Made by a program: the position numbers and the translations under genes. Shown in pieces: positions 20,503-29,097 of a DNA stretch of 64,000 nucleotides. How positions within the stretch are numbered: position 1 is the first letter of the stretch; each line of letters begins with the position of its first letter. This DNA is from Tagaea sp. (GTDB lineage: Bacteria; Pseudomonadota; Alphaproteobacteria; CACIAM-22H2). The stretch covers positions 96,001 through 160,000 of the forward strand of contig CBDIIB010000005.1 of the NCBI GenBank assembly GCA_965279525.1. Reading direction: 5' to 3'. The notes beneath the pieces were generated by a model. That model made no database searches and had not been told where the DNA came from. It saw only the letters and a list, made by a program, of their open reading frames with translations.

Positions 20503-21869
20503 GGCGTGCCCAGCCTCGTTTCGATCTGCGCCCGGAGCCGGCCCTGGCGGGCCGCGTCGAGCGGGAAATTCCACATCAAAGCCACGGCCGCGAGCTTGAA
20601 GGCGACCGGAACCCACGCATATAGGGCGCCGAGTGCGGCGTGCCCACCCGTCCCCTCGGCACCACGCACATAGCCCGCCATGTCGAGCAGCGGGAATGCG
20701 AGGGCGGGCGCCAGCGCGAGTGCCAGCTTGCCCGCCACCGCCCAGACCGCGAAATAGAGACCCGTGCGCTGGCCGCCGCCCGCGGCCGTGTCGACATCCA
20801 CGACGTCGGCCTGCATCGAGGACGGCAAGGCGAGATCCGCCCCGAAGCACAGGCCCGTCGCCAGGCACACGATCAGGAAGCTCGGCACATCGCCCGCCCC
20901 CAGCAAGGGTACGGGTGCGAAGGCCGCACAGTTGGCGAGCATCGCCGCACACCAGGTGCGGTGCTTGCCCCACAGCTTCGCCGCGCGCAGCCACAGCGGC
21001 ACCGAGGCGATGCCGGCGACGAAATAGACAAGCAGCAACGCCCCCTCGATGCCGCGCGCGCCCAGCACGTCGCCCGCGAACAGCAAAAACAGCGTGGCCG
21101 GCAGCGCATTCGCCACGCCGTTGAGCAGATAGCCGACGACGAGGATGCGGAACGGCGCGTTGCCCCGCAGCAGCGCCCATCCGGCGGAGATATCGAAACC
21201 GGGTGCCGGCGGAACCGGGGCCGGTTCCGGCACGCCGCGCAGCAGCAAGGCGCCCGAAAGCGGCAGCACGATCAGGTTCGTCCAAAAAAGGATCTGCAAG
21301 GCCGCGGCTTCCGGCGGGGCACCGTCCGCGGTCCAGCCCAGTGCTCCGGCGATCGCCGGCAATGCGGCCGCCACCGCCACGCCCGCGACGGTCAGGCTCT
21401 CGCGCCAGGCCGCGATGCGGTTGCGCTCGCCATAGTCGCGCGACAGCTCGGCCCCCCACGCCTGATGCGGGATCTGCAGCATCGACCAGCCCAGATAGGC
21501 GAGCATCGTCCAGACCAGCAGATAGGCGGCACCGGCATCGGCCGGCGGATCGAACAGCATGTAGCTTGCCACGAGGACGACCGGCAGTGCCGCCGCCATC
21601 CACGGCCGGCGCCGGCCCCAGCGCGTGCGCGTGCGATCGGAAAGCCAGCCGATGGCGGGATCCACCGCGACATCCCACAGGCGTGCGACGAGCAGCACAC
21701 CGCCGATGGCCGCAAGGGTGAGGCCCGTGGCGCTCGCATAGAAGGTCGGCAGGTAGATCAGCAGCGGCAGGCCGAGCGTGGCGGCCGGAAACGCCGGAAG
21801 CGCGTAGGCTGCCAGAACGGGGGCCGCCAGCACGCGGGCCGGCAGCCTCGCCTCTTCACGGTCGGACAA
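20499..21869 (-). CDS. MFS/GPH-family transporter (RSP1089-like)
   Basis: LSDRTRTRWGRRRPW; PHQAWGAELSRDYGER; about 12 hydrophobic segments. Confidence 0.9.
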   Translation of the reverse strand: MSDREEARLPARVLAAPVLAAYALPAFPAATLGLPLLIYLPTFYASATGLTLAAIGGVLLVARLWDVAVDPAIGWLSDRTRTRWGRRRPWMAAALPVVLVASYMLFDPPADAGAAYLLVWTMLAYLGWSMLQIPHQAWGAELSRDYGERNRIAAWRESLTVAGVAVAAALPAIAGALGWTADGAPPEAAALQILFWTNLIVLPLSGALLLRGVPEPAPVPPAPGFDISAGWALLRGNAPFRILVVGYLLNGVANALPATLFLLFAGDVLGARGIEGALLLVYFVAGIASVPLWLRAAKLWGKHRTWCAAMLANCAAFAPVPLLGAGDVPSFLIVCLATGLCFGADLALPSSMQADVVDVDTAAGGGQRTGLYFAVWAVAGKLALALAPALAFPLLDMAGYVRGAEGTGGHAALGALYAWVPVAFKLAAVALMWNFPLDAARQGRLRAQIETRLGTP

Positions 21870-23091
21870 GTGCGACCTGTGTCACGTCGATCGAACGCGC
21901 GCGGAAGCCTGCTTCGCAATAGGCGAGGTAGAACTCCCACATGCGCTTGAAGCGCGCGTCGAAGCCGAGCCCCTGGATCTCGGGCCATGCGCGCTGGAAG
22001 CGACGGTTCCATTCGGCCAGCGTCTGCGCATAGTCGAGGCCGAAATTGCTCTGCCCGTCGAGCGTCAGCCCGGCGCGCGCGATCTCGGCCTTGAGGGCCG
22101 CATCCGACGGCAGCATGCCGCCCGGAAAGATGTAGCGCTGGATGAAATCCACGCCGTTGCGGTAGCTGTCGAAGAAGCGGTCGGCGATCGTGATGATCTG
22201 CAAGGCCGCCCGTCCGCCCGGCGCGAGGCTATCGCGCAGCTTGCCGAAATAGGCCGGCCAGTATTTCTCGCCGACCGCCTCGAACATCTCGATCGACGCG
22301 ATGCGATCGAAGCGCCCCTCGACGTCGCGGTAGTCGACGAAGCGCGGCTCGACGAGGTCGCCCAGCCCCTCTTTCTGCACGCGGGCCTGCGTGTGCGCGA
22401 GCTGCTCGCGCGAGACCGTGATCGCCGTCACGTGCGCGCCGAACTCCTTGGCAAGATATGCCGCGAACGAGCCCCAGCCGCAGCCGATCTCGAGCACCTT
22501 CTGGCCGGGCTTCACGCCCATCATCGCGGCCATGCGGGCGAACTTGGCCTGCTGGGCCGCCTCCAGGTCCTTCGCCCCGTCGGCATAGACGGCCGAGGAA
22601 TAGGCCATCGAAGGATCGAGCCAGCGCCGGTAGAACTCGTTCCCGAGATCGTAGTGATACGCGATGTTGCGCTTCGAGCCGCTGCGCGTGTTGGCGCGCA
22701 GCGCATGCCAGAACTTGCGCGCGAAGCCGACGACGGTCGCAAGGCGCGTGGCCTTGCCATAGTGGATGTCGTCGATCGCCGCCTCGTTGAGGGCGGCAAG
22801 TTCTAGCAATGCCGCAAGCCCGGGCGTGTCGATGTCGCCGTCCATGTAGGCTTCGGCGAAGCCGACATTGCCGCCGAACAGGATGCGGCGTGCCGCACGC
22901 TTCGTGCGCAGCGACAGCGTGGCGACGGGTCCGGGCCGGGCACCCGTGAAGACATGGCGGCGGCCCGTCGGCGTGAAGACCGTCAGTTCGCCAAGCTCGA
23001 TGCGCGCGGCGGCCATCAGGATGGCGCGCAGCGCGAAGCTCTGGCGGCGGATGTCGGCCTGCGGCAGGGCCGTGGCGTCAGATTCGCGCAT
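21856..23091 (-). CDS. Cyclopropane-fatty-acid synthase family SAM methyltransferase (CfaS/UfaM-like)
   Basis: NIAYHYDLGNEFY; LEIGCGWG; SIEMFEAVG; DFIQRYIFPGGMLP; WEFYLAYCEAGF. Confidence 0.92.
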   Translation of the reverse strand: MRESDATALPQADIRRQSFALRAILMAAARIELGELTVFTPTGRRHVFTGARPGPVATLSLRTKRAARRILFGGNVGFAEAYMDGDIDTPGLAALLELAALNEAAIDDIHYGKATRLATVVGFARKFWHALRANTRSGSKRNIAYHYDLGNEFYRRWLDPSMAYSSAVYADGAKDLEAAQQAKFARMAAMMGVKPGQKVLEIGCGWGSFAAYLAKEFGAHVTAITVSREQLAHTQARVQKEGLGDLVEPRFVDYRDVEGRFDRIASIEMFEAVGEKYWPAYFGKLRDSLAPGGRAALQIITIADRFFDSYRNGVDFIQRYIFPGGMLPSDAALKAEIARAGLTLDGQSNFGLDYAQTLAEWNRRFQRAWPEIQGLGFDARFKRMWEFYLAYCEAGFRARSIDVTQVALVRP

Positions 23092-23887
23092 GATGGCCTC
23101 GTCCCGTGGCAACCGGTTCGACCGTCTCGACCGCGTCGGCGGGAGGTGCCGGGCGCGGATGGTACTTCGCTCCCTTGATCCAGAGGCGCAGAGCCTCCCA
23201 GTGGATCGCACCCATCACTTTAGCGGTAAGCAGCGGGTAGCGGAAGAAGGCGCGCAGCAAGTTGGCGTCCGACCACGCCACGCGCCGCGCCGTCTGGCTT
23301 GCGACAAGAAGTTCTCCTGCCGGCGTGTCCTCGCGGATCAGCAGGGCGAGCTTCTCCTCCGGCTCGTCGACCCGGAAGCGGTAGTCCGCGCGCATGTCGA
23401 TGAAGGGCGAGACGTGGAAGCGCTTGGCCGCGCGCTGCACGACCGGGCTGCCGGGTTCGCGGGCCGCAGCGACCGGGATCAGGTAGCCGTGCTGGTCGCC
23501 GAACGTGTTCTTCACTTCGTAGAGGATCGCGCCAAGCCGGCCGGCGGAATCGTAGGCGTAGTAGACCGTGATCGGATTGAACACGTAGCCGAGGATGCGC
23601 GGGAAGCAGAGCGCGAAGATCCGCGCACCCGCCTGCCCCAGTCCCGCTTCGGCAAGGCGCGCACGTACCCAGGCAAGCGTCGACGAGCCGTCGCGTGCAC
23701 CATGGTCCACGTCGTCGAACGAGAACAGGCGCGTGCGGTTGAAGCCGAACAGGCGCGAATTCCGGTCGAGCTCGGGCAGTGCTTCCAGATCGACCAGCAT
23801 CGAGAACACGCCATAGACGAAGCGGTGGCGGAAGGGCCGCAGGCGCGCGTGCATCACGTTGCCGAAATAGAGACAGGTCTGCGGCAT
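23078..23887 (-). CDS. DUF1365 protein (UfaO/RSP1090-like)
   Basis: VMHARLRPFRHRFVY; FNPITVYY; YEVKNTFG; KRFHVSPF; IHWEALRLWIKG. Confidence 0.9.
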   Translation of the reverse strand: MPQTCLYFGNVMHARLRPFRHRFVYGVFSMLVDLEALPELDRNSRLFGFNRTRLFSFDDVDHGARDGSSTLAWVRARLAEAGLGQAGARIFALCFPRILGYVFNPITVYYAYDSAGRLGAILYEVKNTFGDQHGYLIPVAAAREPGSPVVQRAAKRFHVSPFIDMRADYRFRVDEPEEKLALLIREDTPAGELLVASQTARRVAWSDANLLRAFFRYPLLTAKVMGAIHWEALRLWIKGAKYHPRPAPPADAVETVEPVATGRGHHARI

Positions 23888-23891
23888 GGCG

Positions 23892-25220
23892 TCAGTCCGC
23901 CGCCATCGGCATGTCGCGGGCCGATGCGCCAAGCCACGGACGGCGCACACCCAATGCCTCGGCGACCGCGAGGCCCGAGCGCAGCCCGTCCTCGTGGAAG
24001 CCGTAGCCGGTCCACGCCCCGCAATAATGCAGCCCGCGCGTCCCCTGGATTTCGGCAAGCCGGCGCTGGGCGGCAAGGGCCGCGGCATCGAACACCGGAT
24101 GCATATAGTCGAACTCGGCAAGTGCGGTGCCGGCGCGCGGTTCACGGATCGGGTTCAGCGACACGAAGAGCGGGAATTCGTCGGGCAGGTTCTGCAGCCG
24201 GTTCATCCAGTAGGTGACCGACACGTCGAGTTCGCCCGCCATGCCGCCCGTGCCACGCTCGGCCAGATAGTTCCAGCTTGCCCAGGCGCGCTTGCGCACC
24301 GGCATCAGCGCTGCGTCCTGGTGCAGCACCGCGCGGTTGGGCTGGAACGAGAAGCGGCCGAGGATGTCACGTTCGGCCGGCGTGGGGCCGTCGATCAGCG
24401 CCAGCGTCTCGTCGGCGTGGGCCGCCATGACCACGCGGTCGAAGCGCCGCGCGTTGCCCCGCGCGTCGTGGACCGTCACGCCGTCGGCGCCCGGAACCAC
24501 GCGCACCGCACCCGTGCCGGCAAGGGCGGCCGGGCCGATCTCGGCAAGCAGGCGGTCGCGATAGACGCGGCTGCCGCCCTTGACCGTGCGCCACAAGGGC
24601 CGGTCGAAAAGTTGCAGCAGGCCGTGGTTGTTGAAAAAGCGCGCGAGGCTGGGGGCCGGGAACGCCATCATCGCCGAGGCCGGGCACGACCAGATCGCGG
24701 CCGCCATCGGCAGCAGATGGTTCTCGACGAAAGCGCGGCTGTAGCCGCCCTGGTCGAGGAACGTGCCGAGATCGGGGCCGGATTCCTCGGCCTTGCACAG
24801 CGAGCGCGCGTCGCGGAAGAAGCGCATGCAGTCGCCCAGCATGCGCCAGTGGTCGAGGCGCACGAGATTGCGCTTCTGCGCGAACAGCCCGCGCCACGAC
24901 CCGCCCGAATACTCGACCCGGCCGCGGTCGATCGAGGCCGAGAACGACATGTTCGAGGTCTCGTTGGCGATGCCCAGATGCGCGAACAGCGCGATCAGGT
25001 CGGGATAGGTGGCGTCGTTGTAGACGATGAAGCCGGTATCGACGGGAAGCTCGCGCGTGGCGCCACCCGGTCCGCGCGCGGCGACCACGACGGTGTTCGA
25101 GTGGCCGCCATAGCGCGCCTGCTTCTCGTAGAGCGTCACGTTGTGGCGCCGATTCAGCAGCCATGCGGCACCCAGACCCGACACGCCCGACCCGACGACC
25201 GCGATATCCAAAGTTTTCAT
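23892..25220 (-). CDS. FAD-dependent oxidoreductase (UfaD/RSP1091-like)
   Basis: VVGSGVSGLGAA; VDTGFIVYN; AWASWNY; GYGFHEDG. Confidence 0.9.
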   Translation of the reverse strand: MKTLDIAVVGSGVSGLGAAWLLNRRHNVTLYEKQARYGGHSNTVVVAARGPGGATRELPVDTGFIVYNDATYPDLIALFAHLGIANETSNMSFSASIDRGRVEYSGGSWRGLFAQKRNLVRLDHWRMLGDCMRFFRDARSLCKAEESGPDLGTFLDQGGYSRAFVENHLLPMAAAIWSCPASAMMAFPAPSLARFFNNHGLLQLFDRPLWRTVKGGSRVYRDRLLAEIGPAALAGTGAVRVVPGADGVTVHDARGNARRFDRVVMAAHADETLALIDGPTPAERDILGRFSFQPNRAVLHQDAALMPVRKRAWASWNYLAERGTGGMAGELDVSVTYWMNRLQNLPDEFPLFVSLNPIREPRAGTALAEFDYMHPVFDAAALAAQRRLAEIQGTRGLHYCGAWTGYGFHEDGLRSGLAVAEALGVRRPWLGASARDMPMAAD

Positions 25221-25221
25221 C

Positions 25222-26658
25222 TCAGGCGGCCTCGCGCAGGGACTGGAAGGCGGCAAGGGCGCGCGCACGCGCCTCGCCATGATCGACGAGCGGCTTGGGA
25301 TAGGTCTTGCCGAGCGTCACGCCCGCGGCACGCAGCACGAGGTCGGGTGCTTCCCACGGCGCGAACAGGTTCTCGTTCGGCAGGCCGGCGATCTCGGGCA
25401 CCCACCGGCGCGTATAGGCACCGTCGGGATCGAATTTCGCACCCTGCAGGATCGGATTGAAGATGCGGAAATAGGGGGCGGCGTCCGCCCCGCAGCCCGC
25501 GACCCACTGCCAGCTCGCCGCGTTGTTGGCGAGATCGGCGTCGACCAGCGTGTCCCAGAACCATTCCTGCCCGCGCTGCCACGGCAGCAGCAGGTGCTTG
25601 ACCAGGAACGAGGCGACGATCATGCGCACGCGGTTGTGCATCCAGCCGGTGTGCCAGAGCTCGCGCATGCCGGCATCGACGATGGGGTAGCCGGTGTTTC
25701 CCTTCTGCCAGGCACGCAGTTTCTTCGAGTCGTCCTTCCACGGGAACGCGCGGAAGTCGGCGCGCAGCGCCTGCTCGGGCAAGTCGGGGCGCTGGTAGAG
25801 CAGATGGTGGCTGAACTCGCGCCAGCCGATCTCGGAAAGGAAATGCTCGGCGCCGATCGTGCCGCCGGCGCGCGCGCGCGCGGCATGGAAGCACTGGCGC
25901 GGGCCGATCTCGCCGAAATGCAGATGCGCCGACAGGCGCGACGTGGCTTCCAGATCGGGCCGGTTGCGGTCGGTCTTGTAGGTTTCGACAGCACCATCGA
26001 GGAAGCGGTCGAGGCGGGCGTTGGCTCCGGCCTCGCCGGGTGTCCATGTCTTGCGGAATCCTGCCGCCCAGTCGGGCTTCGTCGGCAGCAGCTTCCAGCT
26101 TTCGAGCGAGTCGGATACCGGCCACGCGGCCGGGGCGGCGAGTTTCGAAGGCGCCTTTGCGGGCAGCGGCGGCTCGTCGCCGGCAAGGCACGTCTTCCAG
26201 AACTGCGTGAACACCCGATAGGGCTCGCCCGCCTTGTTGCGGATCGTCCACGGCTCGAACAGCAGGCTCGAATTGAAGCTCTTCGCGACGAGGCCGCGCG
26301 CCTCGAGCGACTTCTTCAGCCCCGCATCGCGCGCGATCGACGCCGGCTCGTAGCGCCGGTTCCAGTGCACGCCGGCCGCCCCCGTCTCGTCGATCAGCTT
26401 GTCGAGCACGGCCGCACTCTTGCCGCGCCGCAGGATCAGGCGGCTGCCGCGCGCGGCAAGGTCTTTGGCAAGGCTCGCCAGCGAGTGATGCAGCCACCAG
26501 CGCGTCGCCCCGCCCGGCGCCCAATCCCCCTCGCCCGCCTCGTCGAAGATATAGACCGGCACCACCGGACGGTTCTCCGCCGCGGCCCCGGCGAGGGCCG
26601 GATTGTCGGTCAGACGCAAGTCCTGGCGGAACCAGACGAGAAGCGGTGCTAAGGCCAT
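25222..26658 (-). CDS. phrB: Class I CPD DNA photolyase
   Basis: WFRQDLRLTDNPAL; SRLSAHLHFGE; WREF; GWMHNRVRM; WQWVAG; YFRIFNP. Confidence 0.95.
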   Translation of the reverse strand: MALAPLLVWFRQDLRLTDNPALAGAAAENRPVVPVYIFDEAGEGDWAPGGATRWWLHHSLASLAKDLAARGSRLILRRGKSAAVLDKLIDETGAAGVHWNRRYEPASIARDAGLKKSLEARGLVAKSFNSSLLFEPWTIRNKAGEPYRVFTQFWKTCLAGDEPPLPAKAPSKLAAPAAWPVSDSLESWKLLPTKPDWAAGFRKTWTPGEAGANARLDRFLDGAVETYKTDRNRPDLEATSRLSAHLHFGEIGPRQCFHAARARAGGTIGAEHFLSEIGWREFSHHLLYQRPDLPEQALRADFRAFPWKDDSKKLRAWQKGNTGYPIVDAGMRELWHTGWMHNRVRMIVASFLVKHLLLPWQRGQEWFWDTLVDADLANNAASWQWVAGCGADAAPYFRIFNPILQGAKFDPDGAYTRRWVPEIAGLPNENLFAPWEAPDLVLRAAGVTLGKTYPKPLVDHGEARARALAAFQSLREAA

Positions 26659-26664
26659 GGCGTT

Positions 26665-26692
26665 GATACGCAAGCGGTTCGGGGCCGGATCA
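26665..26692 (-). promoter_or_regulatory. ECF sigmaE (RpoE/ChrR, singlet-oxygen) promoter for the phr-ufa operon
   Basis: Minus strand TGATCC(26692-26687)-15 nt-GCGTATC, 6 nt before the ATG at 26658. Confidence 0.85.
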
Positions 26693-27346
26693 CTTTAGGC
26701 GGCGGGGCCCCGGGACGACAGGTTCGAGGCGCTGGCCCGGGACCAGCTGCAGCCGGTCCGGCCCCAGCAGCAGGGCGCGGACCCGGACCCGGCCGAACAG
26801 GCGGGAAATGGCCGGATCCAGCACGTCGAGCCCGCCTTCGGGGGCGCCGAAGGCCGGCATGACCATGCGCCGCCCGTCGAGGAAGAAGCAGGGGGCGAGC
26901 GTGCGGCCGGCCGCATTGGTGACCGCCCCGACCGGGCGCAATCCGCCCACGATCTCGCCATATCCCAGCGTGCCCGCGACCGCCGGCGCCGCGCGCAGGG
27001 CGAGCTTGTCCTCGACGATCTCGGCAACCGGCGTACCGCCGATGCCGGCCGGGATCGCCGGACCAGGGCTGCCGGCGACCCACACCCAGTCCTGCCCCTT
27101 GACCAGCCGGGCGAGGAATTCGAGATCGGCCGAAGCGATGCGCCGGCCGGCGAACGGATCGCCCAGACAGGCGATGCGGCCGGGCATGTATTTGCGTGTC
27201 AACCTCTGCAGATGGCGCAGTGCGCCGGCCGCACCCTTGCCCAGATGCAGGTCGGCGACGACCAGCGTGCGCCGCGCCGGCCAGAACAGGGCGCCGGCGG
27301 GGTCGGCGAACAGGGCGGTCTCTTCGAGCGTGATGCGCGCGTGCAT
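26690..27346 (-). CDS. PdeM-like metallophosphoesterase-fold protein with degenerate metal ligands
   Basis: GALFWP..RTLVVADLHLGKG; CLGD; MPAFG; the GNHD and GHxHP motifs are replaced. Confidence 0.75.
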   Translation of the reverse strand: MHARITLEETALFADPAGALFWPARRTLVVADLHLGKGAAGALRHLQRLTRKYMPGRIACLGDPFAGRRIASADLEFLARLVKGQDWVWVAGSPGPAIPAGIGGTPVAEIVEDKLALRAAPAVAGTLGYGEIVGGLRPVGAVTNAAGRTLAPCFFLDGRRMVMPAFGAPEGGLDVLDPAISRLFGRVRVRALLLGPDRLQLVPGQRLEPVVPGPRRLK

Positions 27347-27396
27347 GCGAGGTTTATACAGCAGGACCCAAATGGCGGGCTGCTAGACTGTCTCCC

Positions 27397-28878
27397 ATGA
27401 ACGAAGAATTCCGCATCCTCGAACGGCAATACTACATGACGATGGCGATCCCCTTCGTCATCGACATGGCCATCACCGCCATCGTGGTCGCGAACATCGC
27501 GTATCCCGGCATCCTCGAACGCAACCTGCTGACCGGCGGCGTGCTGCTGCTCGCCGGTCTCCATCTCTACGCGCGCTGGCGCTATGCGCCGATCGCCGCC
27601 GCACTCGCCGACGGCGTGGACATGAAGCGCATGGAGCGCGCGCTCACGCAGCTGCCGCTGCATTCGGCGAAATGGGCGGGCTCGGCCTATCTCGTCGTCA
27701 TGGCGCTGCGCCTGCTGCCGCCGCTGCTGTTCGACGGCCGGTCGCTGTTTGGCACACCCGCCGGCGCGCTGGTGCCGACCTGGCTCGACGTGATCCTGAC
27801 CATCGCGGTCTCGGGCGGCTTCATGTTCGTGGCCACCTATTTCATCGCCAGCGACTTCCTCGAACGGCTGTGCGCGCGCATCTTCGCGGCGAGCGGGGCC
27901 AATCTCGGACTGTTCTTCGGCCGCTTCGCCACCAAGATCGGCATCGCGCTCGTCTTCTCGTCGGTCGCCCCGATGGTGCTGGTCGCGGGCGATCTCGCCT
28001 CCTATTCGGGCGAGCGGCTAGTGGACGAGATCATGGTCGACCTGTCGGTCTCGGTGTTCGGCCTCGTGGCGCTGCTGTGGTGGACGACGCGCACGCTGGG
28101 CCGGCCGCTCAAGCGCCTCGACGAGGGCATGCGGCTGGCGGCGGAAGGCGATCTCGGCGTGCGCCTGCCGGTGACCTCAAACGAGGAGATCGGGGCGCTG
28201 ACCGCGCGCTTCAACGCGATGGTCGAGGGCCTGCGCGAACGCGAGCGCATCCGCGAGACCTTCGGCAAGTACGTCAGCGAAAGCGTGGCGGGCGAACTGC
28301 TGCGCGACGCATCCGACGGACGGCTCGACGGGCGCACGGCCGAGGCCACGCTGATGTTCACCGACATCGAGGGATTCACGACGCTGTCGGAAACGCTCGC
28401 CCCCGCCGACGTGATCCGCCTGCTCAACGACTACCTGCCGCGCGTGGTCGAACCGATCCAGCGCCACGGCGGCGTGGTCAACGGCTTCATCGGCGACGGA
28501 CTGTTTGCGAGCTTCAACATGCCCGTCGCGTTGCCCGACCATGCCGCGCGCGCACTGGACGCCGCGCGCGACATCCAGCGCGCCCTCGCCGGATTCCGCA
28601 CCCAAAGCGGCGAAGCGCTCGTCACGCGCATCGGCATCAATACCGGCACGGTCGTGGGCGGCACGATCGGTGCCGGCGACCGGCTCAGCTACACGCTGCT
28701 GGGCGATGCCGTGAACGCGGCGGCCCGGCTCGAGGCGCTCAACAAGCAGCACGGCACGACCATCCTGCTGAGCGAGGCCACGCGCGTCGCGGCCGGTGCC
28801 GTGCACGAATACAGGCTGGTCGGCGAGGTGGAACTGCGCGGGCGCAGCGAGACGATGCGCGTGTTCACGCTGGATTAG
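27397..28878 (+). CDS. Membrane adenylate/guanylate cyclase with HAMP domain
   Basis: TM helices; HAMP (EEIGALTARFNAM); TFGKYVS; FTDIEGFT; FIGDG; YTLLGDAVNAAARLE. Confidence 0.93.
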   Translation: MNEEFRILERQYYMTMAIPFVIDMAITAIVVANIAYPGILERNLLTGGVLLLAGLHLYARWRYAPIAAALADGVDMKRMERALTQLPLHSAKWAGSAYLVVMALRLLPPLLFDGRSLFGTPAGALVPTWLDVILTIAVSGGFMFVATYFIASDFLERLCARIFAASGANLGLFFGRFATKIGIALVFSSVAPMVLVAGDLASYSGERLVDEIMVDLSVSVFGLVALLWWTTRTLGRPLKRLDEGMRLAAEGDLGVRLPVTSNEEIGALTARFNAMVEGLRERERIRETFGKYVSESVAGELLRDASDGRLDGRTAEATLMFTDIEGFTTLSETLAPADVIRLLNDYLPRVVEPIQRHGGVVNGFIGDGLFASFNMPVALPDHAARALDAARDIQRALAGFRTQSGEALVTRIGINTGTVVGGTIGAGDRLSYTLLGDAVNAAARLEALNKQHGTTILLSEATRVAAGAVHEYRLVGEVELRGRSETMRVFTLD

Positions 28879-29097
28879 CCGCAATCCGATCGGCCGGCAT
28901 CCGCCAGCCGGATATCGCATGATTAAGGCTCGCGATTAATCGGTGCGGTGTCTAGATACCGGCGGGTATAAATCTGTGGATACAACCTAAAAAACCCCGA
29001 CGCTTCTCTGATGCGGCCTTCCGCGTTTTCGGGATTACATATAATATCACCCATGGGTGAAGCTTTTCTGGAACACCATCCTTAGTGGAGCACCTTC

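Noticed and set aside
28921-28941. GATTAA-N9-TTAATC as a CtrA box (also single TTAA sites at 10021, 15377, 16862, 39200)
   Set aside because: Spacing does not fit TTAA-N7-TTAA; it may be another operator but there is no support
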